In this document: one piece after another, positions 29,785 to 39,003 of the stretch
Position numbering within the stretch: the stretch's first letter is position 1
Layout of the letters: each line of letters begins with the position of its first letter
Assembly: GCA_038243395.1 (NCBI GenBank)
Contig: JBBSRC010000005.1
Coordinates: 10,701-74,700 of the forward strand
DNA from: Flavobacteriales bacterium
GTDB lineage: Bacteria; Bacteroidota; Bacteroidia; Flavobacteriales; Flavobacteriaceae
DNA: 64,000 bases
Direction of reading: 5' to 3'
Translations under genes and position numbers: made by a program
Notes under the pieces: generated by a model
What the model was told of the DNA's origin: nothing
The model's input: only the letters and a program-made list of their open reading frames with translations
Database searches by the model: none

Positions 29785-30039
29785 TCAATTATTTCTTAAG
29801 GCATGGATCAATTCGCTTTTAGTCATTGAACTTCTGCCTTTAATGTCAATTTTCTTTGCTTGTTCATAAAGTTCGCTTTTAGTACGTTCTTCATAAGGAT
29901 CGGCCTTCCCTCCTTTGCTACCAGGATTTTTTGTATTGGCTATTCTAGCGGCTTTCTCTTGACTATAACCCTTTTCTATTAACGCTTCATAGCGCGCATC
30001 ATTCTTGATACTGGGGCCATGATCTTTCGTCTTTCCCAT
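29785..30039 (-). CDS. Small Rho-N-like domain protein
   Basis: TKSELYEQAKKIDIKGRSSMTKSELIHAL is a Rho-N-like helix pair; YEAL...G.S.EKAARIAN N-terminus. Confidence 0.78.
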   Translation of the reverse strand: MGKTKDHGPSIKNDARYEALIEKGYSQEKAARIANTKNPGSKGGKADPYEERTKSELYEQAKKIDIKGRSSMTKSELIHALRNN

Positions 30040-30069
30040 AATATTTATATTTGGTTATCACGTTCAACT

Positions 30070-30630
30070 CTATGCCTGCTGTCTGCTATGCTTCCCTTCG
30101 TAAACTTCTTCAACCAACTTTGCGTTGAATGCAGGTAAATCTTCTGGAGATCTACTGGTTACTAAACCTTGATCTACCACGACTTCTTTATCTTCCCAAC
30201 TGGCTCCTGCATTGATCATATCTGTTTTAATAGATTCATACGATGTGATTTTACGACCTTTCAAGACATCGGCTTCTGCCAATAACCATGGGCCGTGGCA
30301 AATAGCTCCTACCGGCTTGTGATTTTCAAAAAAGGATTTTATAAACTTTACGGCTTTTGGATTTTTTCTTAATTTATCAGGATTGATGACGCCTCCAGGA
30401 AGCATTAATGCGTCATAATCACTTTGACTCACATCATCTAACGTTTTATCAACCGTATATTCAGGCCCCCAATTGCCATCTGTCCAAGATTTAATTTTTC
30501 CAGATTTTTCGGAAATAATATGAACTTCAGCACCTGCATTTTCCAATGCTTTTTTAGGTTCTTTCAATTCACTTTCTTCAAATCCATCAGTTGCTAAAAT
30601 GGCGACAGTTTTTTTACTTAGATTTTCCAT
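30070..30630 (-). CDS. PfpI/DJ-1 family type 1 glutamine amidotransferase domain protein
   Basis: DGFEESE, LPGG, AICHGPW, LVTSR.P.DL. Confidence 0.95.
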   Translation of the reverse strand: MENLSKKTVAILATDGFEESELKEPKKALENAGAEVHIISEKSGKIKSWTDGNWGPEYTVDKTLDDVSQSDYDALMLPGGVINPDKLRKNPKAVKFIKSFFENHKPVGAICHGPWLLAEADVLKGRKITSYESIKTDMINAGASWEDKEVVVDQGLVTSRSPEDLPAFNAKLVEEVYEGKHSRQQA

Positions 30631-30751
30631 TTGATATGTTTTTAATGATTAATTATTTCATTTCCTATAATTTAAACAAAATCTGGAATGCAAACTAATC
30701 TCATGAAACCTTTAACCTAAGCTTAATATGAAATGTTAAGGAATCTTAAAG

Positions 30752-30835
30752 AAAATTGAAGTGGAAATTGAAGATGAAGTTGAAGTTGAAGATGAAGTTG
30801 AAATGGAAGTTGAAAGAGAAGCTGAAGTTGAAAAT
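30752..30835 (+). repeat. 6-bp periodic GAAGTT/GAAGAT tract (~14 units)
   Basis: gaagtggaaattgaagatgaagttgaagttgaagatgaagttgaaatggaagttgaaagagaagctgaagttgaaa. Confidence 0.75.
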
Positions 30836-30916
30836 GCTTTTAAATCGGTTTTAAATCGGTGTTTGAGGTTTACATCTCATTTTTCATATTAACCTCAAAA
30901 CAATGTGCTTTGAGAA

Positions 30917-30960
30917 TTTAACTTTAAACTCTAACTCTGAACTTTAACTTTGAACTTTAA
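30917..30960 (+). repeat. ~7-bp periodic AACTTTA/AACTCT tract downstream of holA
   Basis: tttaactttaaactctaactctgaactttaactttgaactttaa. Confidence 0.6.
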
Positions 30961-30986
30961 AAATTAAGCTTTAAACCTATTTCAAT

Positions 30987-31991
30987 CTATCTCATTATTT
31001 TTACCAGCAATTCTTTGAGCAAATCGCCTTGAGGCACAGCATTAGAACCTACACCTTTACTTTTCACATCAAATTCGCGTAAAATGGCGACTACTTCACT
31101 TACTTTTCGCATCGGAAAATTTCTGGCTGCGGTAATATATTCATTGACAAAATAAGGGTTGATCTTTAATGCTGAGGCTACATTTCGAGGAGATCTGTCT
31201 GTCATGCCATGAAAATGTAGTAATTGCGAAAAGAAATTAAATAACAAGGAAACGGTAACCACCATTGGATTATCCTTAGGGTTTTCGGCAAAATAATTCA
31301 CGATTTGATGTGCTTTTCTTATATCGCCATCGCCGATTGCTTTGCGCAATTCAAAATTATTAAAGTCTTTGCTGATTCCAATGTTCTCCTCAATGTTTTC
31401 AGGACTGATCTGCGTTCCTTTTGGTAAAATAATTTGAAGCTTATTCAGTTCATTATTAATCTTACTCAAATCAGTTCCTAAAAATTCCACAAGCATTTGG
31501 GCTGCTTTCGGAGCAATAGTATAATCCTTTGGCGCTAACACACGTCTAATCCAATCGGCCACCTGATTTTCATAAAGTTTTTTACTCTCATAAACCACCC
31601 CCATTTTATTCAGGGTTTTATAAAGTGATTTGCGTTTGTCAATCGTTTTATACTTATAATTCATTACCAAAATGGTGGAAGGTTGTGGGTTTTTGGCATA
31701 GTCCACAAGCTTTTCAATTGTCCGAGATAAATCTTGTGCTTCTTTTACAATAATGACCTGATATTCGGCCATCATCGGAAAACGCTTTGCATTCCCTACA
31801 ATGTCATCTATCGATACATCACGTCCATAAAGCACCATCTGATTAAATCCGCGTTCATCTTCTGTAAGTACATTGTCTTCAAGAAAATCTGAAATTCGAT
31901 CTATATAATAAGCCTCTTCACCCATTAAAAAATAAATAGGTTTCAACTTTCTGCTCTTAATATCAGCGACTATCTGTTTAACTTCGTCCAA
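30987..31991 (-). CDS. holA: DNA polymerase III delta subunit
   Basis: IYFLMGEEAYYID, FNQMVLYG, PMMAEYQVIIVKEAQ. Confidence 0.95.
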   Translation of the reverse strand: MDEVKQIVADIKSRKLKPIYFLMGEEAYYIDRISDFLEDNVLTEDERGFNQMVLYGRDVSIDDIVGNAKRFPMMAEYQVIIVKEAQDLSRTIEKLVDYAKNPQPSTILVMNYKYKTIDKRKSLYKTLNKMGVVYESKKLYENQVADWIRRVLAPKDYTIAPKAAQMLVEFLGTDLSKINNELNKLQIILPKGTQISPENIEENIGISKDFNNFELRKAIGDGDIRKAHQIVNYFAENPKDNPMVVTVSLLFNFFSQLLHFHGMTDRSPRNVASALKINPYFVNEYITAARNFPMRKVSEVVAILREFDVKSKGVGSNAVPQGDLLKELLVKIMR

Positions 31992-32097
31992 AATTGGTGA
32001 TTTTTCAAAATCTCAAACACCAAAGCCCAATTATTCCTTAAGGACTTTGGTATTTAGTTATTGAAGATTAACTTTGGGATTGTCAAAATTAGAAGCC

Positions 32098-32544
32098 TTG
32101 CAACCACTCAATTTCCCAAAATTTTCGTTTCGATTCAAAAATAGCGAAAATAAAGTATCTATTTTCGACGCAGTTCGTAAAAAGTTTATCATTTTACAAC
32201 CAGAAGAATGGGTGCGCCAACACTGTGTACATTACCTAATGACTGAAAAAAAATACCCGCATTCATTGATCAATGTAGAAAAGGAATTGACCATCAACAA
32301 CTTAAAAAAACGTTATGATATTGTCGTTTTTAATACCCAAGGCGATGTCCACTTGATTGTGGAATGCAAAGCGCCACAGATTGACATTAATCAGAGCACT
32401 TTTGACCAGATTGCACGCTATAATTTAGCACTTAGGGCCACTTATTTAATGGTTACAAATGGTTTACAGCACTATTACTGCCAGATGGATTTTGAGGCTG
32501 AGAGCTATGTCTTTTTGAAGGATATACCGGAGTATGAACGATAA
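32098..32544 (+). CDS. Stand-alone type I restriction enzyme HsdR N-terminal-like domain protein (start probably TTG at 32098)
   Basis: PEEWVRQ, VEK, RYDIVV, IVECKAP, Q..RYN motifs; TAACTTTG at 32069-32076. Confidence 0.85.
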   Translation: MQPLNFPKFSFRFKNSENKVSIFDAVRKKFIILQPEEWVRQHCVHYLMTEKKYPHSLINVEKELTINNLKKRYDIVVFNTQGDVHLIVECKAPQIDINQSTFDQIARYNLALRATYLMVTNGLQHYYCQMDFEAESYVFLKDIPEYER

Positions 32545-32788
32545 GAAGGTAGTAGGTTTGAGCAAGGAGGTATGAGGTATGCGGTTGGTGAGAATTGCGA
32601 AATTGTGGATGACTAAGAAAGCAGGTTAAAAAATAATCAAAGGTCTGTGGAGGACGAATAGGAAGTGTTCACGACTTTGCTACATCTACGGAGAACAGGC
32701 AGTGGTCTTTTTAACAAAGCCAATTTAAAAGAAGTCTTAGTCCACATGGATATCATAATAATTTTATTAGACAGAAATAAAAAGTAAA

Positions 32789-33814
32789 ATGCGTGAATTC
32801 GTGGCTAAAGAAAAAATTGCAATTATTGTATTAAACTGGAATGGTAAAGCCTTGTTGGAAAAATTCCTTCCTTCAGTAATTTTGCATTCTGAAGATGCGA
32901 CTGTTTATGTAGCTGATAACGCTTCCACTGACGATTCTCTTGCGTTTATAAAAGCTCAATATCCGACGGTAAAAATTATTCAAAACAAAACAAATGGTGG
33001 TTATGCCAAAGGTTATAATGATGCCTTAAAACACGTTGATGAAGACATTTATTGCCTTTTAAACAGTGATGTTGAAGTAACCCAGCATTGGTTAAGTCCT
33101 ATACATAAACTCTTTCAGTCCGAACCAGAGACAGCCATTATTCAACCGAAAATTCTAGATTATAAAAATGAAAGTTACTTTGAATATGCCGGTGCCGCTG
33201 GCGGATTCATAGATAAATTTGGATATCCTTATTGCAGAGGGCGGATTTTTGATACGATTGAAAAAGATAACGGTCAATATAATGATACGACTCGGATTTT
33301 TTGGGCGTCAGGAGCTTGCTTTTTCATTAGAAAACGAGTTTTTGATAGCTTAGGTGGGTTTGACGCATCGTATTTTGCTCATATGGAAGAAATTGATTTA
33401 TGCTGGCGTGCTCATAATGCAGGATTTCTTGCTAAATATGTGGGCAGCTCAACCGTATATCATGTTGGTGGAGCCACTCTAGATTCTGCGGATCCAAAAA
33501 AGACTTATCTGAACTTTCGGAACAGCTTATTTACGTTGACGAAAAATTTACCTAAAAACGTATTTCTTATCGTTTTTACACGACTTATTTTAGACGGCTT
33601 TGCCGCTTTAAAATTTTTAACAGAATTTAAATTCAGGCATATCATTGCCATCGTAAAATCACATTATAACTTTTTTTCAAAACTCCCTGAATTGATTAAA
33701 AAACGGAAGATTCTAAGAAAAAATTATCAAGCTGACTCTACCTCATTTTACTATAATATTAAGTCGATTGTTTGGTTCTATTTCATAAAAAATCAAAGGA
33801 AATATAGACCATAA
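32789..33814 (+). CDS. Glycosyltransferase family 2
   Basis: IVLNWNG, DNASTD, LLNSDVEV, HMEEIDLCWR. Confidence 0.93.
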   Translation: MREFVAKEKIAIIVLNWNGKALLEKFLPSVILHSEDATVYVADNASTDDSLAFIKAQYPTVKIIQNKTNGGYAKGYNDALKHVDEDIYCLLNSDVEVTQHWLSPIHKLFQSEPETAIIQPKILDYKNESYFEYAGAAGGFIDKFGYPYCRGRIFDTIEKDNGQYNDTTRIFWASGACFFIRKRVFDSLGGFDASYFAHMEEIDLCWRAHNAGFLAKYVGSSTVYHVGGATLDSADPKKTYLNFRNSLFTLTKNLPKNVFLIVFTRLILDGFAALKFLTEFKFRHIIAIVKSHYNFFSKLPELIKKRKILRKNYQADSTSFYYNIKSIVWFYFIKNQRKYRP

Positions 33815-33910
33815 TTGAAATTGTTAAATAATCTGTTAATCGTTCTTATTATTAGCGTTTTTTACATATTTTTGGCAAGTTAAATTTCTAATTATTTAAT
33901 CACTACTATT

Positions 33911-34780
33911 ATGAGAAAAATCATGTTATTGAGCGTGTTTTCATTGCTCGTTTTAAGTTCATGTGTATCCAAGAAAGAATACTCAGCACTTGAAGCGAAA
34001 CAAAAAGAAACACAAGATTTATTAAATACCGCAACAGTAAAGTTAAACAGCTGCTTGTCTGAGAGAGCTACTGCAGTAGCACGTGTTGAAGGTTTACAAG
34101 AGCAATTGGCTGACATGCGCAGAACCAATTTAGATTTAATTGATACTAAAGGTAACTTAACAACCTTAACGCAAAAAGGTGCTGAGAATCTTGAAAGATC
34201 TCTAGAAAGCCTTAAAGAAAAAGATCTTAAAATTACCCGTTTGCAAGATGCATTGACCAGAAAGGACAGTGTTACTTTAGCTATTGTAACAAGTTTGAAG
34301 AAAGATGTTGGTCTTAATGATCCAGACATTCAAATCAATGTTGAAAAAGGTGTGGTTTATATCTCTATCGCTGACAAATTATTATTTCAAAGTGGAAGCT
34401 ACAACGTAACTTCAAAAGCTAAAACAATCTTAGCTAAAGTTGCAACAGTTGTAAACGGAAAACCTGATTTTGAATGTATGGTTGAAGGTCATACTGATAG
34501 CGTACCTTACAAAAAAGGTGGTGTGTTACAAGACAACTGGGATTTAAGTGTTAAACGTGCAACCTCTATTGTTAGAGTGTTGGAAGAATTAGGTGTTAAT
34601 CCAAAACAATTAATTGCTTCTGGACGTAGCGAATATGTACCTTTAGTTTCTAACGATACTGCTGAAAACAGATCAATTAACAGACGTACACGCATTTTAG
34701 TACTTCCTAAAATTGACCAATTCTACGAAATGGTTGAAAAAGAAATGAAAAATATGATTGCTGAAGACGCAAAAAGATAA
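33911..34780 (+). CDS. OmpA/MotB C-terminal domain lipoprotein with coiled coil
   Basis: Lipobox VLSSC; coiled coil; VEGHTD, NWDLSVKRA, NRRTRI; TATTTTTG at 33867-33874. Confidence 0.92.
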   Translation: MRKIMLLSVFSLLVLSSCVSKKEYSALEAKQKETQDLLNTATVKLNSCLSERATAVARVEGLQEQLADMRRTNLDLIDTKGNLTTLTQKGAENLERSLESLKEKDLKITRLQDALTRKDSVTLAIVTSLKKDVGLNDPDIQINVEKGVVYISIADKLLFQSGSYNVTSKAKTILAKVATVVNGKPDFECMVEGHTDSVPYKKGGVLQDNWDLSVKRATSIVRVLEELGVNPKQLIASGRSEYVPLVSNDTAENRSINRRTRILVLPKIDQFYEMVEKEMKNMIAEDAKR

Positions 34781-34803
34781 GCAATTACTCTAATACTATA
34801 AAT

Positions 34804-34837
34804 AAAAAAAGCTCAACTTAACGGTTGAGCTTTTTTT
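34804..34837. terminator. Bidirectional Rho-independent terminator
   Basis: aaaaaaagctcaac-ttaacg-gttgagcttttttt. Confidence 0.88.
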
Positions 34838-35149
34838 ATTCCTGTTAAGGCAGGAATTTTATTTTAAATCTGCTCTAATGATTAATGTAATAAATTTTGA
34901 TGACGTTTGTGGTAATACAATTTGTTTTGAGAGATGCAGGCATAGGATAAAAGAAGACTTCCTATGCATGTTCTCAACTTCTTTATAATCTATTATAGGG
35001 ATTTTTAAACCTACGATCTTTTTTGGAATATGTGTTTAAAAAAAATTTTGACGATTTTTAAGCACCATGCTTATACTCACTTATTCTAATTACTATAAAA
35101 GTTCTCGGAATAATTCAAAGTATTATTTGATTCTTTAATAAACAGCTTT

Positions 35150-35770
35150 CTAAAATATCTCCAAACTCCCCTTACCTTCTCTAACAATGACCGGCTCTTC
35201 TTCAGACAAATCAATAATTGTAGACGCTAAATTATCTCCGTAACCACCATCAATTACCAAATCTACTAGATTATCCCATTTTTCTAAAATTAACTCAGGA
35301 TCAGTTGTGTATTCAATGATTTCGTCATCATCCCTAATCGATGTTGATATAATTGGTCGACCCAACTGTCGTACAATTTCGAGAGCAATATTATTCTTAG
35401 GAACTCTGATACCTACGGTTTTTTTCTTTTTAAAAGGATGCGGAAGCGTTTTTGCCCCGGGCAGAATAAACGTATAAGGCCCAGGTAAGGCTCGTTTTAA
35501 TATTTTGAATGTGGTAGAGTCTATTTGCTTCACATAGTCACTTAGGTTACTCAAATCGCTACATATAAAGGAGAAATTAGCTTTATCTAGTTTCACTCCT
35601 TTTATTTGCGCCACACGCTCCAAAGCCTTTATATTATTGATGTCACAACCCAGACCGTAAACGGTATCGGTAGGATAAATAATCAATCCGCCCGCCTTAA
35701 GCACTTTAATTACCTTCTTTATTTCCTTGGCATTTGGATTTTCCTCGTATATTCTTATAAACTCAGCCAT
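35150..35770 (-). CDS. Sua5/YciO/YrdC family protein (threonylcarbamoyl-AMP synthase-like)
   Basis: YPTDTVYGLGC, LPGPYTFIL, VGIRVP, ISTS. Confidence 0.92.
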   Translation of the reverse strand: MAEFIRIYEENPNAKEIKKVIKVLKAGGLIIYPTDTVYGLGCDINNIKALERVAQIKGVKLDKANFSFICSDLSNLSDYVKQIDSTTFKILKRALPGPYTFILPGAKTLPHPFKKKKTVGIRVPKNNIALEIVRQLGRPIISTSIRDDDEIIEYTTDPELILEKWDNLVDLVIDGGYGDNLASTIIDLSEEEPVIVREGKGSLEIF

Positions 35771-35912
35771 GATATGTATCTTTTTATAACGTTAACAATG
35801 TACTTAATAATTTCTTTATGAAAGTCTAGAAATTAATTTTACTAACTATAGTCCTTAATTTATAACATTCTCTTGACTAAAGATAGTGCAGATGCTTCAA
35901 ACAGAAGTTTAA

Positions 35913-36261
35913 AGGCTTTTGAATAATTTCCAACAATTCATTATAAGTTATGACCCTGATAGTAACCAAAAATTTGAATTATATAAATCCTTAAACCGAA
36001 GCAGCCAGACACGGGACATAATTTTACTTGTTGGGTTGGGCGGGCCGCTGGAGATAAAGCAGACATTATAGATTATCCATCAAGATTTTTCAAATATAGC
36101 CATTGTAAATACCAATTACAGATTATCAGGTGTTGATAACAATCGTTATTCCCATGTAAACAAATGATTTACAGCACTAATAACCATCAAAAGACTCTAC
36201 AGAATATGTTGAGATGCCTAACGCCATTGGATTTTACGGCGTGAATGCTGATGGACGTTAT
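35913..36261 (+). pseudogene. Decayed alpha/beta hydrolase (esterase/lipase) fragment
   Basis: Pieces across three frames, in the expected order: ISYDPDSNQKFELY, IILLVG, AGDKAD, IAIVNTNYRL, PM*TND, IGFYGVNADG. Confidence 0.6.
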
Positions 36262-36506
36262 CCTTGCAATGGATTTCTGCTTTTCAATATACTAAAAATG
36301 TAAAAATGGTTTGTGGTATTATGGTATTATGGTACTTAATAATTTAATCCACCTCTTCTAATTGAAAGCCACAAACTCGGATATTAAAACTTTAATAAAT
36401 TTTTGGAGTTCAGATAAATATATGTTTTGTAAAAGAAGTTAGTCTATTCCTAACTTTTTAAAAGACGAATACTCTGAACCCTCAACTCTAATCTCAGAAC
36501 TCTTAC

Positions 36507-38822
36507 CTACCCCAGCACATCCAACTTAGCGAAACGCAGCAATAATTTCTTGACACCACCATGTTGAAAATTAATTTCAGCCTTGGTATCTGCTCCTGCT
36601 CCTTCAATTTTTAGAACTTCGCCCTTCCCAAAACGCATATGCTCTACCACATTACCTACAGTCAGTTTCCCATCAAACAAATTGATATTCGGACTTCCTA
36701 CTGATTTTCCGATCGGTTTTAATTTCGCAGGTGGAATAAATTTCGGAGGTTTTTCTTCTGTTTTTCGCTTTGCAGGTCTTTTGAAACGGATTTGATCTGG
36801 TGGAATATCGCCAAAAATATCAGGAGAAAGCATTGGATTGAACCGTCTTTCATCAATTGGCGTTAAAATCTCCAGAAATGTTTCATCGATTTCTTCAATA
36901 AAACGGCTCGGTTCTGCATCAATTAATTTACCCCAACGGTAGCGCGACATGGTGTAGGTTAAATACGCTTGTTTTTCTGCTCTGGTCAAGGCGACATAAA
37001 AAAGACGTCGCTCTTCTTCCAATTCACTTCGTGTGTTCATACTCATGCCACTTGGGAACAAGTCCTCCTCCATCCCCACAATATATACATAAGGGAATTC
37101 CAATCCTTTAGCCAAGTGAATGGTCATCAAAGCCACATGGTCCGCATCTCCTTTATCGGCATCCAAATCTGTTGCTAATGCAACATCTTCAAGGAACTCT
37201 GCTAAAGCTCCAGTGGCATCCGCTAATTCTTCCTGACCTTCCACAAAATCCTTCATACCGTTCAACAGCTCCTCGATATTCTCCATTTTACCAATACCTT
37301 CTGGAGTGCCATCATCTCTGAATTCCTTGATCAGCCCAGTAACTTTGGTCACATGGTCCGCCAATTCAAAAGCATTTGCGGTTTGATTCATTACCTGAAA
37401 ACTCTCGATCATGGTCACGAAATTCTGAAGCTTATTCTTGGTGCCCGAATTGATATTGATATCCACTTTATCGATATTTTTCATGACCTCAAAAATGGAG
37501 CGGTTATATCCATTTGCTGCCACTATGAGTCTGTCTATAGTGGTCTGACCAATTCCACGACCTGGAAAATTAATGACACGCTTTAGCGCTTCCTCATCGG
37601 CTGGATTGATTATTAATCGCAAATAAGAAAGGACATCTTTAATCTCCTTCCGCTGGTAGAAGGATTGACCTCCATAAATTCTGTAGGGAATGTTACGTTT
37701 TCTTAACGCATCCTCCATCGCACGAGATTGTGCGTTGGTACGGTATAAAATGGCAAAATCACTATTCATCAACTGATTTTCCATTTTGTTTTCAAAGATG
37801 GAACTTGCTACATATCGGCCTTCATCACCATCAGTCATCAATCGGTTGACTTTTATTTTAGGACCGTCATCGTTAGCTGTCCAAACAACTTTTTCAAGCT
37901 TGGTCTGATTCTTATCGATGATGGAATTGGCAGCATTGACTATGTTTTTAGTAGAGCGGTAATTCTGTTCTAAGCGGAACAACTTTACATCGTCATAATC
38001 CTTTTGGAAGTTTAAAATATTATTGATATTGGCGCCTCTAAAAGCATAAATACTTTGCGCGTCATCACCAACCACACAAATATTCTGAAATTTATCAGAT
38101 AACGCTCTTACAATCAAGTATTGTGAATGATTAGTATCCTGATACTCATCGACCAGAATATAGCGGAATCGATTTTGATATTTTGCCAATACATCTGGAA
38201 AGCGCGTAAGTAATTCGTTGGTTTTCAATAACAAATCATCAAAATCCATCGCCCCTGCTTTAAAGCAACGATCGACATATTGTTTGTAGATATCCCCCAG
38301 CCTTGGGCGTTTAGCCATCGTGTCGGCCTCTATCAGTTCTGGATTCTGAAAATAAGCTTTAACTGTAATGAGACTATTCTTGTAGGATGAAATTCGGGAG
38401 CTTATCTGTTTGTACTTATAAATATCCTTATCCAGTCCCATTTCCTTAATAATGGACGAAATTAAACGTTGGGAATCCTGCGCGTCATAAATCGTGAAAT
38501 TGCTAGGGTACCCTAATTTATCTGCTTCAATACGTAGGATTTTCGCAAAAACGGAGTGAAATGTTCCCATCCATAAATTTTTGGCCTCACTAGTTCCTAC
38601 TATTTCAGAAATTCTATTCTTCATTTCACGTGCTGCCTTATTGGTGAAGGTCAGCGACAAAATATTAAAAGGGTCCACACCCTGACTCATCAAATAGGCA
38701 ATCCTAAAAGTTAATACACGTGTTTTACCTGAACCAGCACCTGCAATAACAATCATAGGGCCGTCCTTCTGCAATGTTGGTGCTAATTGCGCCTCATTTA
38801 ACTGACTTAAATACTTCTCCAA
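36507..38822 (-). CDS. pcrA: PcrA/UvrD superfamily I DNA helicase
   Basis: AGAGSGKT, TFTNKAA, VDEYQDTN, VGDDAQSIY, LEQNYRS, TIHLAKGLEF, YVALTRA; C-terminal Tudor-like domain. Confidence 0.96.
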   Translation of the reverse strand: MEKYLSQLNEAQLAPTLQKDGPMIVIAGAGSGKTRVLTFRIAYLMSQGVDPFNILSLTFTNKAAREMKNRISEIVGTSEAKNLWMGTFHSVFAKILRIEADKLGYPSNFTIYDAQDSQRLISSIIKEMGLDKDIYKYKQISSRISSYKNSLITVKAYFQNPELIEADTMAKRPRLGDIYKQYVDRCFKAGAMDFDDLLLKTNELLTRFPDVLAKYQNRFRYILVDEYQDTNHSQYLIVRALSDKFQNICVVGDDAQSIYAFRGANINNILNFQKDYDDVKLFRLEQNYRSTKNIVNAANSIIDKNQTKLEKVVWTANDDGPKIKVNRLMTDGDEGRYVASSIFENKMENQLMNSDFAILYRTNAQSRAMEDALRKRNIPYRIYGGQSFYQRKEIKDVLSYLRLIINPADEEALKRVINFPGRGIGQTTIDRLIVAANGYNRSIFEVMKNIDKVDININSGTKNKLQNFVTMIESFQVMNQTANAFELADHVTKVTGLIKEFRDDGTPEGIGKMENIEELLNGMKDFVEGQEELADATGALAEFLEDVALATDLDADKGDADHVALMTIHLAKGLEFPYVYIVGMEEDLFPSGMSMNTRSELEEERRLFYVALTRAEKQAYLTYTMSRYRWGKLIDAEPSRFIEEIDETFLEILTPIDERRFNPMLSPDIFGDIPPDQIRFKRPAKRKTEEKPPKFIPPAKLKPIGKSVGSPNINLFDGKLTVGNVVEHMRFGKGEVLKIEGAGADTKAEINFQHGGVKKLLLRFAKLDVLG

Positions 38823-39003
38823 AACTCCTTCATTTTTTAGAGTGTGAAATTAACCAAAGCTTCTGTTTTTAACGAAGAATTTTGCGAATAATTGTCAACA
38901 AAAAGACGTAATATATAGTGGTTCAAAAGCACAATAAATGAATATAGTGCAGTATTGGCGGAGCTCATTAATTACTGAAATTGTAAAGGAACTTTGGTCA
39001 ATC

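Noticed and set aside
32098-32544. Type I restriction-modification system
   Set aside because: No hsdM, hsdS or helicase domain; only an isolated N-terminal domain.
32590-32787. Possible gene remnant between the HsdR-N protein and the GT2 gene
   Set aside because: Short open stretches exist, but I could not match them to any family.
35995-36020. SRP RNA-like GAAGCAGCC
   Set aside because: Lacks the CAGG…GGAAGG helix-8 context and falls inside the decayed hydrolase reading frame.
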